Shown here one piece after another: positions 29,625 to 40,433 of a stretch of 64,000 nt of DNA (position 1 is the first letter of the stretch; every line of letters starts with the position of its first letter). The notes beneath the pieces are model-generated. The model was not told the DNA's origin, made no database searches, and saw nothing but the letters and a program-made list of their open reading frames with translations. This DNA is from Burkholderiales bacterium. Lineage in GTDB: Bacteria; Pseudomonadota; Gammaproteobacteria; Burkholderiales; JBBRTU01. The stretch spans positions 224,718 to 288,717 of the forward strand of contig JBBRTU010000001.1 in NCBI GenBank assembly GCA_038244115.1, in the 5' to 3' direction. The position numbers and the translations under genes are program-made.

Positions 29625-31592
29625 TCAGCTCACAGGTTGCTTGAGTTGCTCCAGAATGGCCGGGTTCTCCAAAGTCGACACATCCTGCGTGATCTCTTCG
29701 CCCTTGGCGATGGCACGCAGCAAGCGTCGCATGATTTTGCCCGAACGCGTCTTTGGCAGATTGTCCCCAAAGCGGATTTCATCCGGCTTGGCAATCGGGC
29801 CAATCTCCTTGGCCACCCAATCGCGCAGGTCGGCCACGATTTTTTTTGCCTCATCTCCGCTCGGGCGCACACCCTTCAACACCACATAGGCCACCACCGC
29901 CTCGCCCTTAATATCATGCGGCTTGCCCACTACCGCCGCTTCCGCCACCAGCGGGTTGGATACCAGCGCCGATTCGATTTCCATGGTACCCAGGCGATGA
30001 CCGGATACGTTGAGCACGTCGTCGATACGGCCCATGATCCAGAAATAACCGTCTTTGTCGCGGTGTGCCGAATCACCAGCGAGATAATATTTGCCGCCCA
30101 TTTCCGCAGGGAAATAAGCTTGCTTGAAACGCTCCGCGTCGCCCCACAGCGTGCGCAGTTGCGACGGGAACGGACGCTTGATCACCAGGAAGCCACCGTG
30201 CCCTTTCTCCACCGGCTCGCCATGTTCATCCACAATGTCCGCCATGATGCCGGGCAATGGCAAGGTACAGGAACCGGGCTTGGTCGGCACCGCGCCGGGC
30301 AAGGGCGAAATCATATGACAACCGGTTTCCGTCTGCCACCAGGTATCCACAATCGGGCAGCGTTGCTGACCAACCGTTTCGTGATACCACATCCAGGCTT
30401 CCGGGTTGATGGGTTCGCCCACCGTGCCTAGCAGGCGCAAGCTGGACAGATCGTATTGCCTGGGCAGGTCGGCTCCCAATTTGATCAGCGAGCGAATCGC
30501 CGTGGGTGCCGTGTAGAAGGTCGTGACTTTATGATCCTGGATCAGTTTCCAGAAACGTCCTGCATCGGGATAAGTCGGCACGCCTTCAAAGATTACCTCG
30601 GTGGCGCCCATGGCCAGCGGGCCGTAGGCCACGTAGGAATGGCCGGTAATCCAGCCGACATCCGCGGTACACCAGAAAATATCGGCAGGCTTGTAGTCGA
30701 ACACCCACTTCATGGTGAGTAGCGCACCCAACAGATAGCCGCCGGTGGAATGCTGCACGCCCTTGGGCTTACCCGTAGACCCGGAGGTGTAGAGGATGAA
30801 CAACGGGTCTTCCGCATTCACCCAAACCGGTTCGCAAGTATCCATCTGGTTTGCCGTTAAGTCGTGCCACCAGACATCGTGCTGGGCATCCCAATTAACC
30901 TTGCCGCCACTGCGCCGGTAGACCACCACTTTTTCCAGGCTACTGCAACCACCCATAGCAATTGCGTCGTCCACGGCAGCCTTGAGGGGTAGCGCCTTAC
31001 CACCGCGCATGCCTTCGTCGGCGGTCACCACCATCTTGGCCTTTGCATCCACAATGCGCTCATGCAGGCTCTTGGCGGAGAAGCCGCCGAACACCACCGA
31101 ATGAATCGCGCCGATGCGGGCGCTGGCTTGCATGGCGACAATCGCTTCGATGCTCATAGGCATGTAGATGATGACGCGGTCGCCCTTGTTCACGCCCAGG
31201 CTTTTCAAACCATTGGCGAACTGGCACGTGCGCTGGTGCAGTTGTTTGTAAGTAACCTTGGTCACTTTGCCGTCGTCGGCTTCGAAAATCAGCGCGGTCT
31301 TGTTGCCATGAGTCGCCAGATGGCGATCCAGGCAATTGTAGGAAACGTTGAGCTCACCATCGTAAAACCAGCGGTAGAACGGCGCTTTACTTTCATCCAA
31401 CACCTGGGTGAAAGGCTTGTGCCAGGTAATCATGTCACGCGCCAGGTCTGCCCAGTAGCCGGTGTAATCCTGTTCGGCTTTAGCGGCTAATGCCTTGTAC
31501 CCCTCCATGCCCGCCACGTTCGCCTGTGCGCAGAATGCTTCGGAAGGTGGAAACACGCGGGTTTCGGAGAGAACCGATTCGATGCTCGCCAT
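29625..31592 (-). CDS. acs: Acetyl-CoA synthetase
   Basis: [40 protein letters not shown] and [11 protein letters not shown] prefer the start at MASIESV. Confidence 0.95.
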   Translation of the reverse strand: MASIESVLSETRVFPPSEAFCAQANVAGMEGYKALAAKAEQDYTGYWADLARDMITWHKPFTQVLDESKAPFYRWFYDGELNVSYNCLDRHLATHGNKTALIFEADDGKVTKVTYKQLHQRTCQFANGLKSLGVNKGDRVIIYMPMSIEAIVAMQASARIGAIHSVVFGGFSAKSLHERIVDAKAKMVVTADEGMRGGKALPLKAAVDDAIAMGGCSSLEKVVVYRRSGGKVNWDAQHDVWWHDLTANQMDTCEPVWVNAEDPLFILYTSGSTGKPKGVQHSTGGYLLGALLTMKWVFDYKPADIFWCTADVGWITGHSYVAYGPLAMGATEVIFEGVPTYPDAGRFWKLIQDHKVTTFYTAPTAIRSLIKLGADLPRQYDLSSLRLLGTVGEPINPEAWMWYHETVGQQRCPIVDTWWQTETGCHMISPLPGAVPTKPGSCTLPLPGIMADIVDEHGEPVEKGHGGFLVIKRPFPSQLRTLWGDAERFKQAYFPAEMGGKYYLAGDSAHRDKDGYFWIMGRIDDVLNVSGHRLGTMEIESALVSNPLVAEAAVVGKPHDIKGEAVVAYVVLKGVRPSGDEAKKIVADLRDWVAKEIGPIAKPDEIRFGDNLPKTRSGKIMRRLLRAIAKGEEITQDVSTLENPAILEQLKQPVS

Positions 31593-31747
31593 ACTGACTC
31601 CTCTGACTAAAGGGTTAAAACGGTATCGGGGAAAAGACGCTGAACAGCTACTAGTATAGCTTTTGCGGTGTGCTTTCCATAGCGTGGATCTTGTCCGTGC
31701 CAGGCATATCGCAAAATACCTAAAAAGTCTTATACTTCCACGCAATC

Positions 31748-32344
31748 ATGCTATCCATATCATCAATCATCTCGGCCATCTCGGGCCGCATCGGCGCAGG
31801 CAGAAATGTGCCGGAAGCCAGATCGCCCGTCAGCAGCATTGCCAACCGTTCAGAGACGGTAGATGACTTCGTCAGCATTTCCGCGCGCGGCCTTAAGGCT
31901 GCGAACCAGGCACAGCCAGACCGCGCCAGCCAAGTGCCGACGGTGAAGGCAGATTCCGCCACAACCAAAACAGCAAGCGCGGCCAGCGACGGGCTGGCAA
32001 AAAGCATGGCGGCATTCAACCCCCAGCGCGGGCCGGAAGAGCCCATTGCAAAAGCGCGCACCATAGCGACTGCAGCTCTGGAAGCACCTGATCCAGCACC
32101 ACTGAATCGCGCCGTCGCCGACCTAGCTAAACGCCTTATAACCGGAGCGCGCCAAGAGATCGCGGCGCAACAGAAAAAGTCTGCCCAATCCAGTACCAGC
32201 ACGAAACCCTTCTCGCAAAAAAACAATTCGAATACTGATAACTCGATTTCACCCGATGCACGACGTGCGGTTGCCGCCTATCAGGAAAATCGCGATGTTT
32301 TTAGCCTTGTTGTTCAAACATCGTCATTTCGGGCTTCCGCCTAA
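31748..32344 (+). CDS. Hypothetical low-complexity (Ala/Ser/Pro/Gln-rich) protein
   Basis: 198-aa ORF with G/C-biased third positions in this frame. I recognise no domain. An antisense ORF of similar length also exists, so coding status is not certain. Confidence 0.4.
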   Translation: MLSISSIISAISGRIGAGRNVPEARSPVSSIANRSETVDDFVSISARGLKAANQAQPDRASQVPTVKADSATTKTASAASDGLAKSMAAFNPQRGPEEPIAKARTIATAALEAPDPAPLNRAVADLAKRLITGARQEIAAQQKKSAQSSTSTKPFSQKNNSNTDNSISPDARRAVAAYQENRDVFSLVVQTSSFRASA

Positions 32345-32416
32345 GGTTTATTCCACTCTTTATTTTTTTAGATTTGTGCCAGGAAACATGGTGAGGTGGT
32401 GGTGCGTGGATTTGCC

Positions 32417-33005
32417 GGGGGCAGCCCGGCGGCTGGTAGCTTTCTTTTGCTTGCTCAAAAGAAAGCTACCAAAGAAAAGAGCACCCAGCCGTAGCGCCCC
32501 TTCGGGGTTCCTTCGTGTTATTCAACCAATCGGGCGGCTTATAAACTCGCACGATCCGCTACGCGGCCACGTGCTCAGACATATTCGCCTTCACTTCCCC
32601 TGATTGATTGAATAACACGAAGCGCCACAGATGGGATTCAAAAACAAATCCTCGCGCAAAGCGCGAGCCTGATGGCTGGCAAGCCATCCAATATATCTCC
32701 TCTCCTTCAAGGAGAGGGCTAGGGTGAGGATGGGGTTCTGCTTTGCGATCCCATCTGTGCCGCCTCTAATTTTGGTGAAAAGCGGGAGATGTCGGCGAGG
32801 ACTGTCTGAGCGCGTAGCGCGAGTTGCGCATACGATCTTTCATCCGCTTTAGCGGATTGAAAGTCGGAGTCCCCTTGTGGGGCAGCCGCCCGGTTTGCGC
32901 CAAAAATAGAGGGAACCCCTAAGGGGTGGCACGGCTGGGTGCCTTTTCCTTTGGTCACTTTCCTTTGGGCAAACAAAGGAAAGTGACTAGCTGTCGGGCT
33001 ACCCC
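32417..33005. repeat. ~590-bp imperfect palindrome (two MITE-like units head-to-head)
   Basis: Left arm (32417-32515): GGGGCAGCCCGGCGGCTGGTAGCTTTCTTTTGCTTGCTCAAAAGAAAGCTACCAAAGAAAAGAGCACCCAGCCGT...GGGGTTCC. It matches the reverse complement of 32905-33005. Inner arms are CACAGATGGGAT (32627) and ATCCCATCTGTG (32748). Three small hairpins sit at the centre. Confidence 0.8.
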
Positions 33006-33085
33006 CGACAATGGGCGAATAATTATGAGTGGCACATTTTAGTTACAGGAAAATCATGCGGTGCAATAGACTGCGCTATTGCACC

Positions 33086-33715
33086 CTAAGTGAGCTCCGA
33101 CATGAGTTTTGCAACTGCGGCCTCTGTTTGATTGTTTGATTTGCTCAACTCTTGAATTACACGCTGCTGATCTTCAATCGAGCGGTTCTGACTGAGCTTG
33201 AACTTTCCATGAACGTCCGTGATTTCGATTTCGAAGCCCACAATCATGTTGAGAAGTTTTGAGCGCCGTTCACCCGTAAGGTTCGGTTTCCATGGGTTTG
33301 GCATATGAGACTCATGAATATGGGTTAGCTGTTTAACCAAAGCTTCAAGCTCAGCTTCGCCTTCAATAATCTGGGTTTTCCCACGTAGGTGAACCACCGC
33401 GTAATTCCATGTTGGGACGCCGGGCGATGAATACCATGAAGGGGAAACATAAGCATGCGGCCCTTGAAAGATGACCAAAACATCACTGCTTGCTGCAAAG
33501 TGCTGCCACTGTGGGTTTGCCCGTGCCATATGGCCGAGCAGCTTTCCTTGTGAACCAGTAGAACGTTCAAAAAGGAAGGGCAGGTGACTGACAAAGGGCA
33601 CACCCTCGGGTGCCGTAACCAACGTCCCGAAGGGATAGCCTTCGATGAGCGCCAAAATACGCTCTGGGTTTGTTTCCTTGAAATGCTCTGGGATATACAT
33701 AGCTGATGAGTTCAA
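33086..33715 (-). CDS. FMN-binding negative transcriptional regulator, PaiB family
   Basis: MYIPEHFKETNPERILALIEGYPFGTLVT is a typical PaiB N-terminus. The length is also typical. Confidence 0.85.
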   Translation of the reverse strand: MNSSAMYIPEHFKETNPERILALIEGYPFGTLVTAPEGVPFVSHLPFLFERSTGSQGKLLGHMARANPQWQHFAASSDVLVIFQGPHAYVSPSWYSSPGVPTWNYAVVHLRGKTQIIEGEAELEALVKQLTHIHESHMPNPWKPNLTGERRSKLLNMIVGFEIEITDVHGKFKLSQNRSIEDQQRVIQELSKSNNQTEAAVAKLMSELT

Positions 33716-33728
33716 CGTAATTTAGCCA

Positions 33729-34523
33729 TCACACCGCCACCACCGCCTTAATCGCCGGATACGGGTCATACCCCTCCAACGTGAAATCTTCAAACTTGAA
33801 ATCAAAAATATTCTTTACATCCGGATTAATCTTCATCACCGGCAGCGCGCGCGGCTCACGCGAAAGCTGTTCGTTGGTCTGTTCCATATGATTGAGATAC
33901 AAATGCGCATCCCCCAGCGTATGCACGAAATCCCCCAGCCGCAATCCACACACCTGCGCCACCATCATGGTGAGCAGCGCATACGAGGCGATGTTGAACG
34001 GCACGCCCAGAAAAATATCCGCGCTGCGCTGATAGAGCTGGCAGGAGAGCTTGCCATCCGCTACGTAGAACTGGAAAAAGGCATGGCACGGTGGGAGTTT
34101 CATCTTGTCCACGTCTGCCACGTTCCAGGCGGAGACAATGAGGCGGCGCGAATCCGGGTTGTTTTTGATCTGTTCCACTACTTGCGAAATCTGATCGATG
34201 TGGCGGCCATCCGGTGTTGGCCAGGAGCGCCACTGGTAGCCGTAGACCGGGCCAAGGTTGCCGTTTGCATCAGCCCATTCGTCCCAGATGCGGACGCCAT
34301 TTTCCTTGAGGTATTGGATATTGGTGTCGCCCTGCAAGAACCATAGCAGTTCGTGGATGATAGATTTCAGGTGGCATTTTTTGGTGGTGACCAGCGGAAA
34401 GCCATCGGCCAGGTTGTAGCGCATCTGGTAGCCAAACACGCTGACGGTGCCGGTGCCGGTGCGGTCACTTTTATTGTTGCCGTGCGCTTGCACGTGTCGC
34501 ATCAAATCTAGGTATTGGCGCAT
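33729..34523 (-). CDS. thyA: Thymidylate synthase
   Basis: [11 protein letters not shown]...DRTGTGT...[12 protein letters not shown]...[20 protein letters not shown]. Confidence 0.97.
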   Translation of the reverse strand: MRQYLDLMRHVQAHGNNKSDRTGTGTVSVFGYQMRYNLADGFPLVTTKKCHLKSIIHELLWFLQGDTNIQYLKENGVRIWDEWADANGNLGPVYGYQWRSWPTPDGRHIDQISQVVEQIKNNPDSRRLIVSAWNVADVDKMKLPPCHAFFQFYVADGKLSCQLYQRSADIFLGVPFNIASYALLTMMVAQVCGLRLGDFVHTLGDAHLYLNHMEQTNEQLSREPRALPVMKINPDVKNIFDFKFEDFTLEGYDPYPAIKAVVAV

Positions 34524-34557
34524 GATAATTTTGAGTGGGTTGGTTGCGTAGAATAAC

Positions 34558-35304
34558 TTAAATCAGCTTGCTTTTCTCTGCCCGAGGCAATGGCTGCCAT
34601 TGGCCTTGCAGCAGCCCTTCTGCGGGGCCGAAATTAACCTTGTATGCCATTTTGCCGCATTGTTCTATCCAGTAGCCCAGGTACAGGTAAGGCAGCGCCA
34701 GGAGTTTGGTTTGCTCGATTTGCCACAACACGTTGAAAGTGCCGAAGCCGGCTGCGGACATGTCGGTGTCGTAAAATGTGTACACGGATGACAGGCCGTC
34801 GGCCAGGTAGTCGATCACGCTCACCATGCGCAATATGCCGCCTGCACGAAACTCCACCAGTTTTGTGGTGACGTTGCTTTGCAGCAGGAAGTGGGCGAAC
34901 TGATCCCGGCTGTCATGATCCATGCCGCCGCCGCTATGCCGTGCCGCCTGATAACGCCGGTAAAGTGCGAAATGTTCCGGGTTGAATTCCAGATCTTTGA
35001 ACGCGACCTCCAAGTCTGCATTGCGCTTTAAAGTGCGGCGCTGGGTTCGGCTCGGCAAGAATTGATCAACCAATACGCGGATCGGGGTGCAGGCATGGCA
35101 TTGTTCGCAATGCGGGCGATAGGTAAACAGGCCGCTGCGGCGAAAGCCAAATTTGACCAGCTCGCTATACACCGCCGTATCGATCATGTGGGCGGGCGCC
35201 GCCACCATCGAGCGTGCTTGCCTGTCCGGCAGGTAGCTGCACGCATAGGGGGACGTGAGATAGAACTGGAGGTGGTTTAGCGGCAAGTCGTTCAGTGAAC
35301 TCAT
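34558..35304 (-). CDS. bpt: Arginyl/leucyl-tRNA--protein transferase Bpt (ATE family)
   Basis: CSYLP...FRRSG...[11 protein letters not shown]...YLGYWI. There is a 4-nt overlap with aat. Confidence 0.9.
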   Translation of the reverse strand: MSSLNDLPLNHLQFYLTSPYACSYLPDRQARSMVAAPAHMIDTAVYSELVKFGFRRSGLFTYRPHCEQCHACTPIRVLVDQFLPSRTQRRTLKRNADLEVAFKDLEFNPEHFALYRRYQAARHSGGGMDHDSRDQFAHFLLQSNVTTKLVEFRAGGILRMVSVIDYLADGLSSVYTFYDTDMSAAGFGTFNVLWQIEQTKLLALPYLYLGYWIEQCGKMAYKVNFGPAEGLLQGQWQPLPRAEKSKLI

Positions 35305-35996
35305 ACTAGGTCGGTGTCCAGTTTCCAGGGTGCGGGTAAGTTAGGATAGTTTACCAATTCCGCCAGGTGTTGGCTGAACTCCGCGCGGGGAATTTCGCGT
35401 GCGCCGAGCGAGGCGAGATGCGATGTTTTCATCTGGCAATCGATCAGGCCGAAGTTCCAACGTTGCAGTTGCCGCACCAGATGCACGAAGGCGATTTTGG
35501 AGACGTCGGTTACACGGCTGAACATGGATTCGCCATAGAACATGCGCCCGATGGCCACACCGTAGAGGCCGCCGACCAGTTCTCCGTTTATCCAGGTTTC
35601 GATGGAATGGGCATAACCCAGTTGGTGCAATTTGCTGTAGGCGGCAATCATCGGCGAAGTGATCCAGGTGCCAGCCTGACCGTCACGCGGCGCGCCGCAG
35701 GCTTGCATCACTTCCCGAAAGGCGGTGTCCGTGCGCACTGCGTAATCATGCTTCTTGAGCCGTTTGACCAACGAGCGCGAAACTTTCAGTTCGGTAGGAA
35801 ACAACACCATGCGCGGGTCAGGGCTCCACCACAGGATGGGTTCGCCCGGATTGAACCAGGGGAAGATGCCATGCCGGTATGCATCCAGCAGGCGCTCGAC
35901 GGACAGGTCGGCTCCGGCGGCGAGCAGGCCGTTCGGTTCGATGAGTGCGGATTCAACCGGGGGGAACGAAGCGTCGGGATCGAGCCAGGGGATCAT
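35301..35996 (-). CDS. aat: Leucyl/phenylalanyl-tRNA--protein transferase
   Basis: [25 protein letters not shown]...[10 protein letters not shown]...GESMFS. Confidence 0.93.
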   Translation of the reverse strand: MIPWLDPDASFPPVESALIEPNGLLAAGADLSVERLLDAYRHGIFPWFNPGEPILWWSPDPRMVLFPTELKVSRSLVKRLKKHDYAVRTDTAFREVMQACGAPRDGQAGTWITSPMIAAYSKLHQLGYAHSIETWINGELVGGLYGVAIGRMFYGESMFSRVTDVSKIAFVHLVRQLQRWNFGLIDCQMKTSHLASLGAREIPRAEFSQHLAELVNYPNLPAPWKLDTDLV

Positions 35997-36016
35997 GGAG
36001 AAGTTAGTTGTGGTAG

Positions 36017-36062
36017 CGCAGGCGCCCTCGCCTGCATTTGCGCGCTATGCAGGGGCGCCTGC
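36017..36062 (-). terminator. Strong GC hairpin after the Met-rich gene (possible terminator, no U-tract)
   Basis: 11-bp stem CGCAGGCGCCC / GGGCGCCTGCG flanking a 24-nt loop, 10 nt after the stop at 36072. Confidence 0.4.
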
Positions 36063-36071
36063 GTTACGGGA

Positions 36072-36566
36072 TCAGTTGCTCTGCTTGCCTTTCTGGGAAA
36101 TAGGTTTGGCCTGCTTCATCTGATCAAGCATCTTTTGCATGTTGTTCATGCGTTTCTCCAGGTGCTCAATGCGCTCGTCCGGGTCGGCCATCATGCTTTT
36201 ACCCATCATGCAATGGTCCATTCCACCGTGCTCCATCATGCCGCCGTAAGGCATCATGGTATTGCTGCCTATGCCATGACTAAGGCGCATGTTTTCGTGC
36301 AGGGTAAGGTCGTATTCTTGCAGCGCCTTGTCGCGCGTAGCGCTGTCCTTGGAATTACGAATTTTATCCAGTTGCGCATCCATCTTCTTGAGATTGTCGC
36401 GCATGATGTCGATGAGCTTGTTAGCATCGGCATCATTCAGCGTGGGTGCATGCATACAGGGCGGCATGCCGCCTGCCCGGACATCATCGGCCTGTGCAGG
36501 CGCATATGGCAGGAAAATACAGATAGCCGATAGGATGACGAGGGTAATTTTTGAGTGTAATTGCAT
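36072..36566 (-). CDS. Periplasmic Met/His-rich protein (putative Cu(I)/Ag(I)-binding), hypothetical
   Basis: Signal peptide, a coiled-coil-like middle, and the cluster MMPYGGMMEHGGMDHCMMGKSMMADP. It is the last gene of the cus-linked string. Confidence 0.65.
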   Translation of the reverse strand: MQLHSKITLVILSAICIFLPYAPAQADDVRAGGMPPCMHAPTLNDADANKLIDIMRDNLKKMDAQLDKIRNSKDSATRDKALQEYDLTLHENMRLSHGIGSNTMMPYGGMMEHGGMDHCMMGKSMMADPDERIEHLEKRMNNMQKMLDQMKQAKPISQKGKQSN

Positions 36567-36575
36567 TATATTCTC

Positions 36576-36818
36576 CTAGCTGTTGGACGATGCTTTCTCT
36601 GATTGGAGATCAGTACGTTTTTGCATAAATTCTTCGCGTCCGATTTCCCCGCGGGCGTATGACTCTTCTAATAGTTGTATCGGTGTTTTGTCGCCACTGC
36701 CCGATTTTTTCCCGCCGGAAAAAATCAGAAACAAGATCGCCACAGCGATGATGACGGGGATGGACCAAACCACCACCGTCATCAACCCGCCGGGAAATAG
36801 CCAGGAATGGCCATGCAT
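36576..36818 (-). CDS. SHOCT-domain small membrane protein
   Basis: One TM helix followed by LLEESYARGEIGREEFMQKRTDLQ (SHOCT pattern). Confidence 0.75.
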   Translation of the reverse strand: MHGHSWLFPGGLMTVVVWSIPVIIAVAILFLIFSGGKKSGSGDKTPIQLLEESYARGEIGREEFMQKRTDLQSEKASSNS

Positions 36819-36821
36819 GGC

Positions 36822-37214
36822 TTATGCCGTCAGGCTGTCGCACACGCGCTGCAAACGCGCCTTGGCTTCCTTCGCCACGGCTGCTACGGCGGGGTTGTCT
36901 ATCAGTTTTGTCATGATATCTGGGTCGAGAAAACCGACGGTGATTTTGCCGTCTGTGTTTTCGCGCACGATGACGTTGCACGGCAACAGCAGGCCAATGT
37001 CGGCTTCAGCATCCAGTGCCTGGTTGGCCAGCGGCGGGTTGCATGCGCCCAGAATGCGGTAGGGCAGCTTGTCGATATTGAGCTTGGTTTTCAGCGTGGC
37101 CTTTACGTCGATGTCGGTGAGTACGCCAAAGCCTTCAACTTTAAGCGCTTCGATGGTTTTTGCCACAACGGCGTCGAAGGAAGTGTTACTTAGAGTGGTG
37201 GAAAATCCGTACAT
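36822..37214 (-). CDS. DUF302 domain protein
   Basis: [34 protein letters not shown]...YRILGACNP is a typical DUF302 sequence. Confidence 0.85.
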   Translation of the reverse strand: MYGFSTTLSNTSFDAVVAKTIEALKVEGFGVLTDIDVKATLKTKLNIDKLPYRILGACNPPLANQALDAEADIGLLLPCNVIVRENTDGKITVGFLDPDIMTKLIDNPAVAAVAKEAKARLQRVCDSLTA

Positions 37215-37305
37215 GGTGTGCTCCTTGAAATATCAGTAATGATTCGGAAAACGGGTAATTATATCGCGCTTCAGTGAGGGTAGACTCTGAAGCAGACATC
37301 TGGAA

Positions 37306-40300
37306 TCAGCCTTTGGTTCCACGTGGCATGCCGCGCTCTTTTACCAGGGCATAAATCGCTGGGATTACGATCAGCGTCAGGAGCGTGGAGGAAATCATAC
37401 CGCCCACCATCGGCGCGGCAATGCGGCGCATCACCTCGGAGCCGGCGCCGCTGCTCCACATGATAGGCAGCAGCCCCGCCATGATCGCCACCACGGTCAT
37501 CATCTTGGGCCGGACCCGTTCCACCGCACCCTCCATGACAGCGGCGTATAGATCGCTCAAGCTGAGCGGCTGACCTTCCGCCGCGCGTGTTGCATACAAA
37601 CGGGTCATGGCATGATCGAGGTAGATCAGCATCACCACGCCGGTTTCCGCCGCCACCCCGGCGAGGGCGATGAAGCCGATGGCTGCGGCTACGGATAGAT
37701 TGTAGCCCAGCAGCCACATCAGCCACACGCCGCCCACCAGCGCGAACGGCACTGAGAGCATGACGATCAGGGTTTCGGTGATGCGCCGGAAATTGAGATA
37801 GAGCAGCATAAAAATAAGCGTCAGCGTCAGCGGCACCACGATGGCCAGACGTGCCTTGGCACGTTCCATGTATTCAAACTGGCCGCTCCAGGTGGCGTAG
37901 TAGCCGGGGGGAAATTTTACTTTCTGCTCGACGGCACGCTGCGCGTCGGCCACGTAGCTGCCGATGTCACGGTCACGGATATCAACGTAGATGTAGGCGG
38001 AGAGCAGCGCATTCTCGGTGCGGATGGCGGGCGCGCCCTTGACGATTTCCACCCGGGCGAGCTGCCCAAGCGGAACCATGGCGTTGTTCATAACCGGCAC
38101 CAGAACCTGACTAGATATGGCTTGCGGGTCACTCCTTAATTCTCGAGGGTAGCGCACGATCACTCCGAAACGCTCGCGCCCTTCCACAGTGGTGGTGACC
38201 ATTTCACCACCCAGCGCGGTACCGATGGTGTCCTGCAGTTCTCCCACGCTCACGCCGTAACGGCCCAGCTGTTCGCGATCCGGCACGATATCCAGGTAAT
38301 AGCCGCCGGTGATGCGTTCAGCATAGGCACTGGAAGTGCCGGGCACGGCTTTCACGACACTTTCGATTTCCTTGGCCAGTTGCTCGATGGCCTGCAAATC
38401 CTTGCCGAACACCTTGATGCCGATGGGCGTGCGTATGCCGGTGGAAAGCATGTCGATGCGCGCCTTGATGGGCATGGTCCACGAATTGGCCACGCCGGGA
38501 AATTGCAGGGCGGCATCCATTTCTGCGATCAGCTTGTCGATGTTCATCCCGGCCCGCCATGCGGATTCCGGCTTGAGGGTGATGACGGTTTCGAACATCT
38601 CCAGCGGCGCAGGATCAGTGGCAGTTGCCGCGCGCCCTGCTTTACCAAAAACCGACTCCACCTCGGGAAATTGTTTGATAATGCGATCCTGGGTTTGCAG
38701 CAACTCGGCGGCCTTGGTGACCGACATGCCAGGCAGGCTGGTCGGCATGTAGAACAGGCTGCCTTCATTCAGCGTGGGCATGAATTCGCTGCCCAGGCGC
38801 ATGGCCGGAAACAGGCTGGCGATGAGAATCAGCAACGCGCCAATGATGGTGACTATTTTGTGATGCATGACCCAGGCGATGACCGGCCGATAAATGGCGA
38901 TCAATGCCCGATTAAGCGGATTTTTTTTCTCCGGCATGATGTGACCGCGCACGAACAGCAACATCAGCACCGGCACCAGCGTCACGGACAGCAGCGCGCC
39001 ACCCGCCATGGCGAAGGTCTTGGTGAAAGCCAGCGGCTTGAACAGCCGGCCTTCCTGCGCTTCCAGCGCGAACACTGGCAGGAACGAAACGGTGATGATG
39101 AGCAGGCTGAAAAATAAGGCCGGACCAACTTCCTTGCAAGCTTCCGTCAGGATGGTCAGGCGCGGTGTATCCGGGTGCGCTCGTTCCAGATGTTTGTGCG
39201 TGTTTTCGATCATGACGATAGCGGCATCCACCATCGCACCGATGGCAATGGCGATCCCGCCCAGGCTCATGATGTTGGAATTCATGCCGAGCAGGCGCAT
39301 GGCGATAAAGGCGATCAGCACCCCCACCGGTAGCATGATGATGGCCACCAGTGCGCTACGCACATGCATCAGGAACACGATGCAAACCAGTGCCACAATG
39401 ACGCTTTCTTCGGCGAGGGTGCGCGTGAGGGTGTCGATGGCGCGATGAATCAATTCCGAGCGGTCATACACGGCTTTGATGCTCACCCCGTCAGGCAGGC
39501 CGCTGGAGATTTCGGCAATTTTTGCTTTGACGTTGGCGATCACTTCCAACGCGTTCTGGCCGTAGCGCGCCATCACGATGCCAGCTACCACTTCACCTTC
39601 GCCGTTGAGTTCGGTGAAGCCGCGTCGTTCGTCTGGAACCAGTTCAACCCGAGCGATATCGGTAACACGCACCGGTATGCCCTGATCACTTTTCACCACC
39701 AAACCTTCGATGTCCTGCTTGCCGCGCAGATAACCTCTGCCGCGCACCATGTATTCGGTTTCCGACATTTCCACCACGCGCCCGCCCACATCGCGGTTGG
39801 AGTCACGGATAACCTGCGAGACACGCGACAGCGGAATGCCATAAGCCTGTAGTTTGCGCGGATCGACCGCCACCTGATATTGCTGCACGAAACCGCCAAC
39901 ACTGGCCACTTCCGCCACGCCTTGTGCCTTGGTGAGTTGGTAGCGTAGGTACCAGTCCTGCAGGGTGCGCAGCTCAGCCAGCGTTTTATTCTTCGCCAGG
40001 ACAGCGTATTGATACACCCAACCCACGCCGGTGGCATCCGGCCCGAGCGTGGGCGTAACCCCACGCGGCAAGCGACCTGCGACCGAATTGAGATATTCCA
40101 GCACGCGCGAACGCGCCCAGTAGATGTCGGTACCATCTTCGAAAATCACATACACGAACGATGCGCCGAAGAATGAAAACCCGCGCACCACCTTGGATTT
40201 TGGCACGGACAACATAGCGGTGGTGAGGGGGTAAGTAACCTGGTCTTCCACCACTTGTGGCGCCTGGCCGCTGTATTCCGTGTACACGATAACTTGCGCA

Positions 40301-40431
40301 TCGGACAGGTCGGGCAGCGCGTCGAGCGGCGTATTGGTCACTGCATAGATGCCACCGCCGATCACCACCAGCGTGGCCAGCAGAACCAGGAAAACGTTTC
40401 GGATAGACCAATCGATCAGGCGTGACAGCAT
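37306..40431 (-). CDS. cusA: Heavy-metal efflux RND pump, CusA/CzcA family
   Basis: 1041 aa. MLSRLIDWSIRNVFLVLLATL...YSGQAPQVVEDQVTYPLT has CusA-type length and pattern. Confidence 0.93.
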   Translation of the reverse strand: MLSRLIDWSIRNVFLVLLATLVVIGGGIYAVTNTPLDALPDLSDAQVIVYTEYSGQAPQVVEDQVTYPLTTAMLSVPKSKVVRGFSFFGASFVYVIFEDGTDIYWARSRVLEYLNSVAGRLPRGVTPTLGPDATGVGWVYQYAVLAKNKTLAELRTLQDWYLRYQLTKAQGVAEVASVGGFVQQYQVAVDPRKLQAYGIPLSRVSQVIRDSNRDVGGRVVEMSETEYMVRGRGYLRGKQDIEGLVVKSDQGIPVRVTDIARVELVPDERRGFTELNGEGEVVAGIVMARYGQNALEVIANVKAKIAEISSGLPDGVSIKAVYDRSELIHRAIDTLTRTLAEESVIVALVCIVFLMHVRSALVAIIMLPVGVLIAFIAMRLLGMNSNIMSLGGIAIAIGAMVDAAIVMIENTHKHLERAHPDTPRLTILTEACKEVGPALFFSLLIITVSFLPVFALEAQEGRLFKPLAFTKTFAMAGGALLSVTLVPVLMLLFVRGHIMPEKKNPLNRALIAIYRPVIAWVMHHKIVTIIGALLILIASLFPAMRLGSEFMPTLNEGSLFYMPTSLPGMSVTKAAELLQTQDRIIKQFPEVESVFGKAGRAATATDPAPLEMFETVITLKPESAWRAGMNIDKLIAEMDAALQFPGVANSWTMPIKARIDMLSTGIRTPIGIKVFGKDLQAIEQLAKEIESVVKAVPGTSSAYAERITGGYYLDIVPDREQLGRYGVSVGELQDTIGTALGGEMVTTTVEGRERFGVIVRYPRELRSDPQAISSQVLVPVMNNAMVPLGQLARVEIVKGAPAIRTENALLSAYIYVDIRDRDIGSYVADAQRAVEQKVKFPPGYYATWSGQFEYMERAKARLAIVVPLTLTLIFMLLYLNFRRITETLIVMLSVPFALVGGVWLMWLLGYNLSVAAAIGFIALAGVAAETGVVMLIYLDHAMTRLYATRAAEGQPLSLSDLYAAVMEGAVERVRPKMMTVVAIMAGLLPIMWSSGAGSEVMRRIAAPMVGGMISSTLLTLIVIPAIYALVKERGMPRGTKG

Positions 40432-40433
40432 GG

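Noticed and set aside
29598-30431. 277-aa plus-strand ORF, and similar antisense ORFs at 1011-1655, 12134-12742, 38380-39117 and 62987-63733
   Set aside because: All lie fully inside strongly supported genes on the opposite strand (acs, the sensor kinase, chrA, cusA, lon). They are Arg/His/Gln-rich, as is typical of antisense frames in GC-rich genes.
32256-32976. ORFs 32256..32603 (+) and 32719..32976 (-)
   Set aside because: Both lie inside the giant palindromic repeat region. Their sequences are translations of repeat arms (for example KVTKGKGT from CAAAGGAAAGTGACC).
35367-36533. 388-aa plus-strand ORF
   Set aside because: It runs antisense across two well-supported genes (aat and the Met-rich protein) and the hairpin between them. 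It has no recognisable motif and an odd His/Gly/Ala/Cys-rich composition.
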